Positions 25,636 through 35,484 of a stretch of DNA of 64,000 nucleotides are shown here, in pieces. The DNA comes from an uncultured Woeseia sp. (lineage in GTDB: Bacteria > Pseudomonadota > Gammaproteobacteria > Steroidobacterales > UBA11654). The position numbers and the translations under genes are program-made. Location: assembly GCA_964454905.1 (NCBI GenBank), contig CAYVTR010000007.1, forward strand, positions 369 to 64,368. Reading direction: 5' to 3'. Under the pieces are notes generated by a model. The model was not told where the DNA came from and ran no database searches. It was given only the letters and a program-made list of their open reading frames with translations. Each line of letters opens with the position of its first letter. Position 1 is the first letter of the stretch.

Positions 25636-27044
25636 GATTGTTGTTCCAGTTGATCTGAAGTAGTTATTTCACCTTTAATGGCAGACGCAGCTACTGTAGC
25701 TGGTGACCCTAAATGTGTTCTGGTTTTCTTTCCTTGTCGATTTTCAAAATTTCGATTAGTGGTTGAGATTACACGCTCATTTTCACCAAAGCTTTCTCCG
25801 CCTGCAAAGAAACACATAGAGCACCCTGATTCTCTCCATGCAAACCCAGCCGAAATAAATATCTTGTCTAAGCCTTCTTCTTCGGCTTGTTTTTTAACTT
25901 GTGATGAACCTGGTACACATATTGCTTTAACACCTCTAGCTACTTTTTGATTTTCAAGGACTCTAGCTGCAGCTCTTAAGTCACTGATTCGACTATTAGT
26001 ACATGACCCAATAAAAGCTGCGTCAATAGGTTTGCCTTTAATAGCTTCACCTTCACCAAGACCCATATATTCTAGAGCTCTAAACATAGATTTCTTTTCG
26101 GTGCTATCATTTATTTGACCTGATACGGGTATAGCTTTATTCATTGGAATGGCTTGGTGTGGGCTGGTGCCCCATGTGACATAAGGGTCTAGGTTTGAGC
26201 AATCAATAGTTATTGTTTTATCAAACTTTGCATCTCTATCTGACTTAAGATTTTGCCACTGCTCAATCGCTGCTATAAAATCATTTCCTTTGGGAGAGAA
26301 TGTCTTGCCTTCTAAGTAAGCAAATGTCTTTTTATCAGGAGCGATCATGCCGGTCATAGCTCCAAATTCAACCGCCATATTGCACAACGTGAGCCTTGAC
26401 TCTATTTCAAGATCAGTAATTGCAGATCCAGTAAATTCAACCGCATGGCCTTTGGCTCCATTAGACCCAAATTTTGATATTAAATGCAGAACAATATCTT
26501 TTGATGTGACCCCAGTGGGTAATTTCCCTTCAATATTTATTCGCATTAATTTTGGTTTCTTCTTAATTAGGGTATTTGTTGCCAGGGCATGTTCGCATTC
26601 TGTCGACCCAACACCCCAAGCTAATGTTCCCAGCGCCCCTAGACTACAAGTGTGAGAATCAGGACAAATATATGTCATTCCAGGTAGGGCAATACCTTGC
26701 TCTGGTGAGACAACATGAACAATCCCTTGCTTAGGATCATCAAGATCAAAAAAATTAATTGCTGATTTATTGGCAGATTTCCTCAGTGATTGAATAAAAT
26801 CAGAACCGCTTGGCATAAGCGTTTGGTCATTTCTTCCTGGAAATGTATCAACAATATGATCAATTGTTGCAAACACTTGGTTGGGATTACGAATTTTAAT
26901 ATTTCTTTCTTCTAAGGATTTAAGAGCGATACTTCCAGTTCTCTCATGAAGAAAGATTCTATCAATATAAATTAGCTCGTCACCGTCACCTAAGTTTTTA
27001 ATTGAATGTTGATTCCAAATCTTTTCAAATAGTGTTTGGGCCAT
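25632..27044 (-). CDS. leuC: 3-isopropylmalate dehydratase large subunit (LeuC family, aconitase superfamily)
   Basis: MAQTLFEKIW...YIDRIFLHE, ICPDSHT, the Fe-S Cys contexts GSCTNSR and GCSMC, and TNRNFENRQG. Substrate specificity is uncertain (see findings). Confidence 0.8.
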   Translation of the reverse strand: MAQTLFEKIWNQHSIKNLGDGDELIYIDRIFLHERTGSIALKSLEERNIKIRNPNQVFATIDHIVDTFPGRNDQTLMPSGSDFIQSLRKSANKSAINFFDLDDPKQGIVHVVSPEQGIALPGMTYICPDSHTCSLGALGTLAWGVGSTECEHALATNTLIKKKPKLMRINIEGKLPTGVTSKDIVLHLISKFGSNGAKGHAVEFTGSAITDLEIESRLTLCNMAVEFGAMTGMIAPDKKTFAYLEGKTFSPKGNDFIAAIEQWQNLKSDRDAKFDKTITIDCSNLDPYVTWGTSPHQAIPMNKAIPVSGQINDSTEKKSMFRALEYMGLGEGEAIKGKPIDAAFIGSCTNSRISDLRAAARVLENQKVARGVKAICVPGSSQVKKQAEEEGLDKIFISAGFAWRESGCSMCFFAGGESFGENERVISTTNRNFENRQGKKTRTHLGSPATVAASAIKGEITTSDQLEQQS

Positions 27045-27197
27045 GAATGTCTCGATAATAATGGTTAGACATTATAGGAAAATTTCTAAACAACTTCATT
27101 GATTGCTTTTCTCTTATTGAATTAGATTAGAGTTATTGAAATCCTAAAGAGGTGTAAGATAGTTTGAAAGTAATACATAAAAGTAAAATATAAATTC

Positions 27198-28274
27198 ATG
27201 CTTGAAGGAATTCGAATAATAGAATTAGAAGGTCTGGGCCCGGGTCCATTTGCGGCAATGATGTTAGCTGATTTAGGTGCTGACGTTATTGTTGTGCATC
27301 GCCCATCGTCACCTCATCATTTAATGCCTGAACAGAACATAATTGATCGAGGCAAACGTTCCATTATCCTTGACCTTAAAAATAAGGATGATTTAGCAAA
27401 TATGAAAAAACTCATTGCTACTGCTGATGGTTTAATAGAAGGGTTTAGGCCTGGTGTGATGGAAGCTTTGGGACTAGGTCCGGAGATCCTTCATAAAGAT
27501 CACCCTGGTCTGGTGTATGGGCGTATGACAGGTTGGGGACAAAACGGCCCTAAAGCTAAGGATGCAGGCCACGATCTTAATTATATCGCTCTCTCTGGAG
27601 CTCTATGGTACTCGTCATTACCTGGCACACCACCGTTTACTCCGCCTACCTTAGCAGGAGACATTGGGGGCGGCGCATTGTATTTAGTAGCAGGGATCTT
27701 GGCAGGATTATTAAAAGCACAAAATACCGGCAAAGGGACAGTTGTTGATGCTGCAATTGTAGACGGTTCAGCGCATATGATGAATCTGTTAATGTCCACC
27801 CAAGCTGCAGGTTTACTCAGCCCAAACAGAGGAGAGAGTTTTCTTGATGGACCTCCATGGAGTCGATGCTATGCCTGCGCGGATGATGAGTGGATTTCTG
27901 TGCAATGTCTTGAGCCAAAATTCTATGCTGTCTTTATAGAGAAGCTAGATCTGAAGAATGATCCAGACTTTAATCAACAAATGGATCAATCGGTTTGGCC
28001 TAAAATGACATCAACACTAGAACTACTTTTTTCACAATACCCTTTAAAACATTGGCAAGAACTTTTTGAAAATTCTGACGCATGTGTTGCTCCAGTCTAC
28101 AGACCTCAAGAGTCTAATAATCACCCGCATATTGCTGAGCGTGATATTTGGTTTAAAGTGAACGAACAATTACAAGCCAGATCAGCCCCAAGATTTGATG
28201 ATCAAATCCAAGAACCAAAGCCAAGCCCTAAAAGAGGTGAGCATACACAAGAAATTTTAAACAGTATTTTGTAA
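27198..28274 (+). CDS. CaiB/BaiF family III CoA-transferase (alpha-methylacyl-CoA racemase-like)
   Basis: LEGIRIIELEGLGPGPFAAMMLADLGADVI, LIEGFRPGVME and GHDLNYIALSG. Confidence 0.8.
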   Translation: MLEGIRIIELEGLGPGPFAAMMLADLGADVIVVHRPSSPHHLMPEQNIIDRGKRSIILDLKNKDDLANMKKLIATADGLIEGFRPGVMEALGLGPEILHKDHPGLVYGRMTGWGQNGPKAKDAGHDLNYIALSGALWYSSLPGTPPFTPPTLAGDIGGGALYLVAGILAGLLKAQNTGKGTVVDAAIVDGSAHMMNLLMSTQAAGLLSPNRGESFLDGPPWSRCYACADDEWISVQCLEPKFYAVFIEKLDLKNDPDFNQQMDQSVWPKMTSTLELLFSQYPLKHWQELFENSDACVAPVYRPQESNNHPHIAERDIWFKVNEQLQARSAPRFDDQIQEPKPSPKRGEHTQEILNSIL

Positions 28275-28297
28275 GATTTAAAAATAGAGATATTAAA

Positions 28298-28762
28298 ATG
28301 TTAAATCATATAGATAAAAAGAACAGACCAACAATGGTGGATATTTCTTCCAAGAAAACCACTAAAAGAACAGCAATTGCAACAGCTAAAATCATTTTTC
28401 CTGAAGCGGTCAAGAACCATTTTAAAGACGGTGATTTGCAGACAAAAAAAGGCCCTGTGATTGATACAGCAATTATTGCCGGAACCATGGCAGTTAAGAA
28501 AACCCATAATCTTATTCCATTTTGTCATCCTCTAAATATTAATGCCTGTCATATCTCAATCGAGCCGGATGATAATCAGGATTTTATTATTACCTGTGAA
28601 GTTGGTATTGAACATAAAACAGGTGTTGAAATGGAAGCTTTAACGGGAGTATCAGTAGCAGCGTTAACTGTTTATGACATGTGTAAATCTCTAAGTCATG
28701 ACATTGTTATCACTGATATTTCTCTTCAAAAGAAAACAGGCGGCAAAACAGATTTAGTTTAA
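28298..28762 (+). CDS. moaC: cyclic pyranopterin monophosphate synthase
   Basis: MVDISSKKTTKRTA, LIPFCHPL and GVEMEALTGVSVAALTVYDMCK. Confidence 0.9.
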   Translation: MLNHIDKKNRPTMVDISSKKTTKRTAIATAKIIFPEAVKNHFKDGDLQTKKGPVIDTAIIAGTMAVKKTHNLIPFCHPLNINACHISIEPDDNQDFIITCEVGIEHKTGVEMEALTGVSVAALTVYDMCKSLSHDIVITDISLQKKTGGKTDLV

Positions 28763-28785
28763 CTTTTTAACAATAACTCAATATC

Positions 28786-29364
28786 ATGACACCACTTAAA
28801 GGGTTGATTTTAACTGGGGGCCATAGTCGAAGAATGGGCCGGGATAAGGCTCTTATAAATCTAGAGGGATCCACTTTACTCGAGAGAACTTATAATCTAT
28901 TGAACTCATTTATAGAGCAGGTTTTTGTTTCCATCAGACACGATCAAAGACATGAGACTAAACGAGCTCAATACTCACTGATTATTGATCAGGAGGGGTA
29001 TTCAGGACCTATTGCTGGTATTTTATCTGCAGGGGATTATGATCCTCATTCTGGATGGCTGGTGGTGGCTTGTGACATGCCCTTTCTTGATAACCAAACC
29101 ATAGATCAATTGATTCGTGCTAGAAACCCAGAAACAACTGCAACCCTTTTTCAGTCCATAGACGGATCAGGTGTTGAACCTTTATGTGCTATTTATGAGC
29201 CAAGATTTTTTAGTGCCATTGCATCTGATTCCGAATTTTTAAAGAATGCTGGCCCTCGAGAAACGTTATCAAAAATGAATCTAGAGATCCTTGATCCATT
29301 GAATCCAGACGCATTGTTTAGTGCGAATGTTTCGATTGAAGAGATAATTAATAGACTTAGATGA
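28786..29364 (+). CDS. mobA: molybdenum cofactor guanylyltransferase
   Basis: GLILTGGHSRRMGRDKAL and VVACDMPFL. Confidence 0.8.
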   Translation: MTPLKGLILTGGHSRRMGRDKALINLEGSTLLERTYNLLNSFIEQVFVSIRHDQRHETKRAQYSLIIDQEGYSGPIAGILSAGDYDPHSGWLVVACDMPFLDNQTIDQLIRARNPETTATLFQSIDGSGVEPLCAIYEPRFFSAIASDSEFLKNAGPRETLSKMNLEILDPLNPDALFSANVSIEEIINRLR

Positions 29365-29436
29365 TCATTCATTACTTGCATAATAGTGCTCATTTCGATA
29401 ATTTCTCGTTTATAGACAACCATTTGAGCATTAATA

Positions 29437-30033
29437 ATGAGTAAAGAATTTAAAATACCAACACGTGAAGATGCTGAACAAGCAGTTAAAACCTTAATAA
29501 AATGGGCTGGTGATGATCCTAATAGGGAAGGGATGATTGAAACACCTCAACGCGTTGCTAAAGCTTACCGAGATTGGTTTAGTGGCTACAATGAAGACCC
29601 TCATGAGTTTTTGAGCCGTACTTTTGAAGAAGTAGAGGATTACGATGAAATGGTGACTTTAAGAGGAATTGATTTTGAGTCACACTGTGAACATCATATT
29701 GCTTTGATCACTGGTAAAGCTTATGTGGCTTATTTACCTAAGAACAAAGTGGTTGGAATTAGCAAATTAGCTAGAGTCGTTGACACTTACGCTCGACGTT
29801 TTCAGGTCCAGGAAAAGATGACTAAACAAATTGCCAACTCTATTGAAGAAGTTCTACAACCTAAAGGTGTTGGCGTTGTTATTGTGGCCAGACATGCTTG
29901 TATGACCACTCGGGGTGTTCATAAAAGTAATGTGGATATGGTAACCAGCACTATGACAGGTGGCTTCAGAAACAACGATGCTACCCGATTGGAGTTTCTG
30001 AATACCATAGGCAATATTTCTGTTGAAAACTAA
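29437..30033 (+). CDS. folE: GTP cyclohydrolase I
   Basis: [17 protein letters not shown] and QVQEKMT. Confidence 0.9.
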   Translation: MSKEFKIPTREDAEQAVKTLIKWAGDDPNREGMIETPQRVAKAYRDWFSGYNEDPHEFLSRTFEEVEDYDEMVTLRGIDFESHCEHHIALITGKAYVAYLPKNKVVGISKLARVVDTYARRFQVQEKMTKQIANSIEEVLQPKGVGVVIVARHACMTTRGVHKSNVDMVTSTMTGGFRNNDATRLEFLNTIGNISVEN

Positions 30034-30494
30034 TGGCTCAAACCATCTCAAATTTCGAAGATTTCAAGGCGCTAGAGGGTCAGGAAATAGGCATTTCTGA
30101 ATGGTTTGATGTAAGCCAAGAACAGATCAATCAATTTGCAGATGCCACAAACGATCATCAATGGATTCATGTTGATGTTGATAGAGCCAAGAAAGAAATG
30201 CCAGGTTCCAAGACCATTGCCCATGGTTACTTGACGCTTTCTATGGTGCCTGCTATGTCATCAACTTTTATTAAGTTTAAAAATCTAGAGCGCGCTATTA
30301 ATTATGGGGTTAACAAAGTTCGTTTTACCAATATGGTTCCTGTGGACAGTAAAATCCGTGCTCGAGCCACAGTCTCACGAGTTAGACAACGATCAGGTGC
30401 AACTCAAGTGATCGGTGAAACCACTGTTGAAATACAAGGCCAAGAAAAACCTGCTTGCGTTGCAGAAACGGTTTCCTTTTATTATTTCAAATAG
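30033..30494 (+). CDS. MaoC-family (R-specific enoyl-CoA hydratase-like) hotdog dehydratase
   Basis: FADATNDHQWIHVDVDRAK...IAHGYLTLS. The start ATG overlaps the folE stop. Confidence 0.75.
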   Translation: MAQTISNFEDFKALEGQEIGISEWFDVSQEQINQFADATNDHQWIHVDVDRAKKEMPGSKTIAHGYLTLSMVPAMSSTFIKFKNLERAINYGVNKVRFTNMVPVDSKIRARATVSRVRQRSGATQVIGETTVEIQGQEKPACVAETVSFYYFK

Positions 30495-30496
30495 TC

Positions 30497-31375
30497 ATGA
30501 AATCAAATAACTCTCTCGACACCACCATTGAACGGTTAGTTGAACTCATGGATCTTGAGGTTATTGAAGAGAATATTTTTAGGGGTGAAAGCCAAGATAT
30601 TGGTAGCCCCCAAGTGTTTGGGGGGCAGGTTCTAGGTCAAGCATTAATGGCTGCTACAAGAACCATCGAGGGTCGCTCAGTCCATTCTTTACACGCTTAT
30701 TTTTTAAGACGTGGAGATTTTGAAGCGCCCATAGTCTACGAGGTTGATCGTGCAAGAGATGGGGGAAGTTTCTCTAATCGAAGAATTATTGCAGTTCAAC
30801 ATGGCGAGCAGATATTCAATATGACAGCATCTTTCCAAAAACCTGAGGAGGGACTAGAGCATCAATCTAAAATGCCAGAAGTTAAAGGACCTGATGAGCT
30901 AGAAGATTTAGTGGACCTGATAAAACCTGAGTGGGTTGAGCAATTGCCTGGACGAATTAAGAGAATGCTGACACGAGAACGTCCCTTTGAGGTCAAGCCA
31001 GTAGAAATACCTCATTTTTTGACCAATAAAACAACTGAACCAATTAAGCACAGTTGGATCAAAGCTAAAGGAGAAGTGCCTCAACATATTGGCTTGCATC
31101 AAGCACTTTTGGCTTATGTCTCAGATTATGATCTATTGACAACCGCAATACTTCCACACGGCACCAATTTGATGCAATCCCGTTTTCAGATGGCCAGTCT
31201 GGATCATGCCATGTGGTTTCATAAACCAATGTTAATTGATCAATGGATGTTATTTGCTTATGAAAGCACTAGATCATCAGGAGCACGAGGCTTTGCCAGA
31301 GCACAGATTTTCTCTCAAGACGGGCTGTTGATTGCATCAACGTCCCAAGAAGGACTCATGCGAGTTAGACGCTAG
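30497..31375 (+). CDS. tesB: acyl-CoA thioesterase II
   Basis: LEVIEENIFRGESQDIGSPQVFGGQVLGQAL, HSLHAYFLRRGD and SLDHAMWFH. I placed the start at the ATG at 30497. The track extension from 30455 overlaps the maoC-like gene. Confidence 0.85.
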   Translation: MKSNNSLDTTIERLVELMDLEVIEENIFRGESQDIGSPQVFGGQVLGQALMAATRTIEGRSVHSLHAYFLRRGDFEAPIVYEVDRARDGGSFSNRRIIAVQHGEQIFNMTASFQKPEEGLEHQSKMPEVKGPDELEDLVDLIKPEWVEQLPGRIKRMLTRERPFEVKPVEIPHFLTNKTTEPIKHSWIKAKGEVPQHIGLHQALLAYVSDYDLLTTAILPHGTNLMQSRFQMASLDHAMWFHKPMLIDQWMLFAYESTRSSGARGFARAQIFSQDGLLIASTSQEGLMRVRR

Positions 31376-31883
31376 AGAGCGATTTCATAAATCGTTTTCC
31401 GTTATCAACGTAATGTTGAGAAGACATCTTAATCATCATAATTTCAGCCTCTGTTAACTGACGAATAGATTTTGCTGGTGAACCCATAATAAGAGTGTTT
31501 TCTGGGTATTCCTTGCCTTCAGTGATCAGAGAATTAGCCCCAACTATGCTGTTTTTCCCAATCACTGCATGATTGAGTATTGTGGTGTTAATTCCAATAA
31601 GGCAATTCTCAGAGATGGTACAACCATGAAGCATGACTTTGTGACCTACTGTGACACCTTCACTGATATTCAATGGTGCTCCCAGGTCAGTGTGAAGTAT
31701 AGACCCATCTTGAATATTGCTTTTTTTACCGATAATTATGGGGTCATTATCTCCTCTAATTACCACGTTAAACCAGATACTTGCATCCTCTTTTAGCACC
31801 ACTCGACCAATCAATGTTGCATTTGGAGCAATAAAGTTAGTGTCGTTGAATTTAGGTTTATGTTTATCAATTTGAAAATTCAT
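31365..31883 (-). CDS. gamma-class carbonic anhydrase / hexapeptide-repeat (YrdA/PaaY-like) protein
   Basis: ASIWFNVVIRGD...IGKKSNIQDGSILH, with hexapeptide repeats. Confidence 0.8.
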   Translation of the reverse strand: MNFQIDKHKPKFNDTNFIAPNATLIGRVVLKEDASIWFNVVIRGDNDPIIIGKKSNIQDGSILHTDLGAPLNISEGVTVGHKVMLHGCTISENCLIGINTTILNHAVIGKNSIVGANSLITEGKEYPENTLIMGSPAKSIRQLTEAEIMMIKMSSQHYVDNGKRFMKSLSSV

Positions 31884-32629
31884 TATTTTTTTATGCTACC
31901 TTGTTGGGCAATCATTTCAGTAGCTTTTTTGATAGCTTCTTCATCACCAAGAAAATATTTAGAGGTTGGTTTAAGATTCTCATTAAACTCATAGACCAGA
32001 GGAACACCTGTTGGGATATTAAGTGAAACAATGTCATGATCACTAATATTATCAATGATTTTTATCAGAGACCGAAGGCTGTTCCCATGAGCAACAATTA
32101 AGACATTTTGATTGCCTAGGAGTGAAGGTAAAATATTTTCTTGCCAATAAGGTTTCACTCTATTCAACGTATCTTTTAGGCTCTCTGAGCCTGGCAAGCT
32201 ATCTAGACCATCGTACTTTGCATCAAATCTTGGGTGTGCACTGTCATCTTCAGCCATAACTGGGGGAGGGGTATCATAACTTCTTCTCCATATATGTACT
32301 TGATCCTCACCATATTGTTTAGCAACATCTGCTTTATACAATCCTTGAAGTGCACCATAGTGTCTTTCATTGAGTTCCCAAGAATTGATTACAGGTATCC
32401 AGGTTAGATTCATCTCTTCTAGGATAATGAAAAGTGTCTTAGTTGCTCGCTTAAGTACGGAAGTGTAAGCGACATCAAAAGTTAATTCAGTTCCGTTTAA
32501 CTGTTGACCTGCCTCTAGAGCTTCAGTTTGTCCTTGCTCGGTAAGATCCACATCCACCCAACCAGTGAATCTATTTTCAAGATTCCATTTACTTTGTCCG
32601 TGCCTACAAAGAACGAGTTTACCTGCCAC
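31883..32629 (-). CDS. gpmA: 2,3-bisphosphoglycerate-dependent phosphoglycerate mutase
   Basis: [22 protein letters not shown] and [11 protein letters not shown] start. Confidence 0.9.
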   Translation of the reverse strand: MAGKLVLCRHGQSKWNLENRFTGWVDVDLTEQGQTEALEAGQQLNGTELTFDVAYTSVLKRATKTLFIILEEMNLTWIPVINSWELNERHYGALQGLYKADVAKQYGEDQVHIWRRSYDTPPPVMAEDDSAHPRFDAKYDGLDSLPGSESLKDTLNRVKPYWQENILPSLLGNQNVLIVAHGNSLRSLIKIIDNISDHDIVSLNIPTGVPLVYEFNENLKPTSKYFLGDEEAIKKATEMIAQQGSIKK

Positions 32630-32832
32630 TTAGCCTCTCTCCTTAACTGTTTGGTTGGATTATAAATTATATGAGTTTGGATGTAATTAATCTTTTATCT
32701 CAACTATTAAAACAGGAATAATTAAGACTACAAGAATAGTTCGTAGTAAAATCCTTTTATATATTTAATAAAACTGGATATAACTGCAATAGGTAAAAAA
32801 ATTTGATGGTTTTCAACTTTAAGGAGATTAAG

Positions 32833-33285
32833 ATGAGCAAGCTACTTGTAATTCTTATGATGACAGTGTTGTCTCTCTCAGCATTAGCTGCAGACAAGCA
32901 TTTTGAGCGAAATCAGCTCCCTCAACTAAACCAAGAGATACTTGACTCAAGTGATTACTCTTATGAAAAAACCACTATTCCCACCAAAGACATTATTCCT
33001 GTTCAAACACAGAGAGTTAGAGGACTTAGAGTTCAAGAAAAAGAATGGCTATTAAATGATGAATATAGACCTTTGATCATTGATCGAGATAACTATCTCA
33101 TAGACGGACATCATAGGTTAGATGGAATTAAAGAGCTTCAAATAAAAAATGTAAGAGTATTAAGAGTCAATGCAAGTATAGAAGAAATTATTGAAGCATT
33201 TAAAAAGTATCAAGATCATACTCCTACTTATGAGCCTATTACATCCACTCCAGATCAAAGAGATCTAATAACTATAACTCAGTAA
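32833..33285 (+). CDS. exported ParB/sulfiredoxin-like N-terminal domain protein
   Basis: The ATG follows AAGGAG. Signal peptide MSKLLVILMMTVLSLSALA. The core is IIPVQ...RPLIIDRDNYLIDGHHRLDGIKEL (DGHHR motif). Confidence 0.5.
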   Translation: MSKLLVILMMTVLSLSALAADKHFERNQLPQLNQEILDSSDYSYEKTTIPTKDIIPVQTQRVRGLRVQEKEWLLNDEYRPLIIDRDNYLIDGHHRLDGIKELQIKNVRVLRVNASIEEIIEAFKKYQDHTPTYEPITSTPDQRDLITITQ

Positions 33286-33290
33286 ATGAA

Positions 33291-34937
33291 ATGAGCAGAG
33301 AATCTATGGAATTTGATGTGGTTGTGGTTGGCGCTGGACCAGCAGGCCTAAGTGCATCTATTCGTTTGATGCAGCTATCCAATGACAATAACTTAGATTT
33401 GAGTGTCTGCTTACTAGAGAAAGGTTCTGAAATAGGAGCCCATATCATTTCAGGAGCTGTCATAGAGACCAGATCTTTAGATGAGTTACTGCCTGATTGG
33501 GATGAGGGGAATAATTTTCTTCAAACCCCTGTAATTGATGACAAAATGCTTTTTCTAACTGGAGAAAATACAAGTATTTCAGTGCCAAAGTTTTTAATGC
33601 CTAAAACCATGATGAATCATGGGAATCGAATTATCAGCTTAGGATCTATGTGTCAGTACCTAGGAAGAGAGGCTGAGAGTCTTGGAGTTAACGTTTTTCC
33701 TGGTTTTCCTGCAGTTGATCTCATTGAAGAAGAGGGAACAATTGTTGGTGTGATCACGGGTGACATGGGCCTTGATAAGAATGGTGAACCTAAAGACGGT
33801 TATGAGATGGGTTATGAACTACGGGCCAAGCAGACAATATTTTCTGAAGGCTGTCGAGGTAATTTGGGTAAACAATTAATCAAAAAATATTCTTTAGATG
33901 AAAATTCTGATCCTCAGCACTACGGTATTGGATTTAAAGAAGTTTGGAGTATAGACCCTGAAAAGCATTCAGAAGGCTTAGTAATGCATACTGCTGGCTT
34001 CCCATTAGACAATAACACTGAAGGAGGGGGCTTTATTTATCATGCTCCCAATCACCAAGTGTTTATTGGTTTAATTGTCTCACTTGATTACGCTAACCCC
34101 AATTTAAGCCCTTTTGAAGAGTTTCAGAGATGGAAGACACATTCAGAGCTTAAGGAATTACTAAAAGATGGTGAACGAATCTCATATGGAGCAAGAGCAC
34201 TTAATAAAGGCGGCATTCAATCAATACCTCAACTTACTTTTCCTGGTGGGGTCATGATTGGTTGCGATGCTGGGTTCATGAATGGAGCTAAAATTAAAGG
34301 AACCCATACCGCAATGAAAACAGGCATTATTGCAGCTGAAACGTATATTCAATCGATTGAAAATGAAACTCGAAGTGATGAAACTGATACTTTTGAAGAT
34401 CACTTAAAACAGTCCTGGGTATTTGATGAGTTACATCGAGCTAGAAATTTTTCACCTTTCCAGAAAAAGTTTGGTTTATTGCTGGGTTCTATTTTTATCT
34501 GGATTGATCAGAATTTATTTTTTGGAAAACTTCCTTTTACTTTATCAGCAAAGGGTGAGGATTATGCTAAATTATCACCCTTCGATAAAGCTGCAAAAAA
34601 GAATTATCTAAAACCAGATAATATTGTCACTTTTGATCGTACTTCATCAATCTATTTATCTGGAGTTAATCATGAAGAAGATCAACCGTGCCATCTTCAT
34701 TTAAACGATCCGACTATACCAATTCAGAAAAATTTACCTGAATTTGGTGAGCCTGCAAGACTGTATTGCCCTGCAGGTGTTTATGAGGTCCTTGAATCTG
34801 AATCAGGAGAACCGTATTTTCAGATCAATGCTCAAAATTGTATTCATTGTAAAACTTGCGATATCAAAGACCCATCACAGAACATAGACTGGCGTTGCCC
34901 TGAGGGAGCGGGCGGTCCAAATTATACTGATATGTGA
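33291..34937 (+). CDS. electron-transfer flavoprotein:ubiquinone oxidoreductase
   Basis: FDVVVVGAGPAGLSA and a C-terminal 4Fe-4S region (LYCPAGVY...NCIHCKTCDIKDP...GGPNY). Confidence 0.9.
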   Translation: MSRESMEFDVVVVGAGPAGLSASIRLMQLSNDNNLDLSVCLLEKGSEIGAHIISGAVIETRSLDELLPDWDEGNNFLQTPVIDDKMLFLTGENTSISVPKFLMPKTMMNHGNRIISLGSMCQYLGREAESLGVNVFPGFPAVDLIEEEGTIVGVITGDMGLDKNGEPKDGYEMGYELRAKQTIFSEGCRGNLGKQLIKKYSLDENSDPQHYGIGFKEVWSIDPEKHSEGLVMHTAGFPLDNNTEGGGFIYHAPNHQVFIGLIVSLDYANPNLSPFEEFQRWKTHSELKELLKDGERISYGARALNKGGIQSIPQLTFPGGVMIGCDAGFMNGAKIKGTHTAMKTGIIAAETYIQSIENETRSDETDTFEDHLKQSWVFDELHRARNFSPFQKKFGLLLGSIFIWIDQNLFFGKLPFTLSAKGEDYAKLSPFDKAAKKNYLKPDNIVTFDRTSSIYLSGVNHEEDQPCHLHLNDPTIPIQKNLPEFGEPARLYCPAGVYEVLESESGEPYFQINAQNCIHCKTCDIKDPSQNIDWRCPEGAGGPNYTDM

Positions 34938-34948
34938 AGGTAATTGTA

Positions 34949-35419
34949 ATGATTGAAAAAATTATACCCAAATCAGCAAACAATAATTACTTAGGGTCTC
35001 CCATAGCTTTTTACGGCATGATTTTATTTGTGTTGTTAATGACTTTTAGTGCTTATATGCATTTTCTTCAACCTCAATATGCTGCCAATGAAATAGCAAG
35101 TATTATTGTTTTTGAATCAGTGCCTGACCCCAATCACATTATCTATATGGCTTTTTCTTTGTGGGGTTTGCAACAAGTGAGCTTTGTTATACTCAATGTT
35201 ATTGTACTTTTTGCGTATCGTAATCTGATCCCATTGATGTATATATTATGGATATTTACTTGGCTGATGAGGCCCTTAGTCGTTTCACAGTTATACCCAT
35301 TAACCTCTGAATACACATCAGGAATCACTCCTGGGAAAGCTGGATTACCATTTATACTTTCTTATTTGCTCGTCATGTTGATAATGTCGCTTAGACAACC
35401 TAAAGACAAAGCGCTTTAA
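34949..35419 (+). CDS. hypothetical membrane protein
   Basis: About 4 hydrophobic segments. The ATG at 34949 follows GAAGG. The track ORF starts at a GTG at 34934. Confidence 0.45.
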   Translation: MIEKIIPKSANNNYLGSPIAFYGMILFVLLMTFSAYMHFLQPQYAANEIASIIVFESVPDPNHIIYMAFSLWGLQQVSFVILNVIVLFAYRNLIPLMYILWIFTWLMRPLVVSQLYPLTSEYTSGITPGKAGLPFILSYLLVMLIMSLRQPKDKAL

Positions 35420-35484
35420 TTTAATGACTCTATCTGATAACTTGCCTTGATATCTGAAGATTGCAAATGAATTAATAGCTGAAT

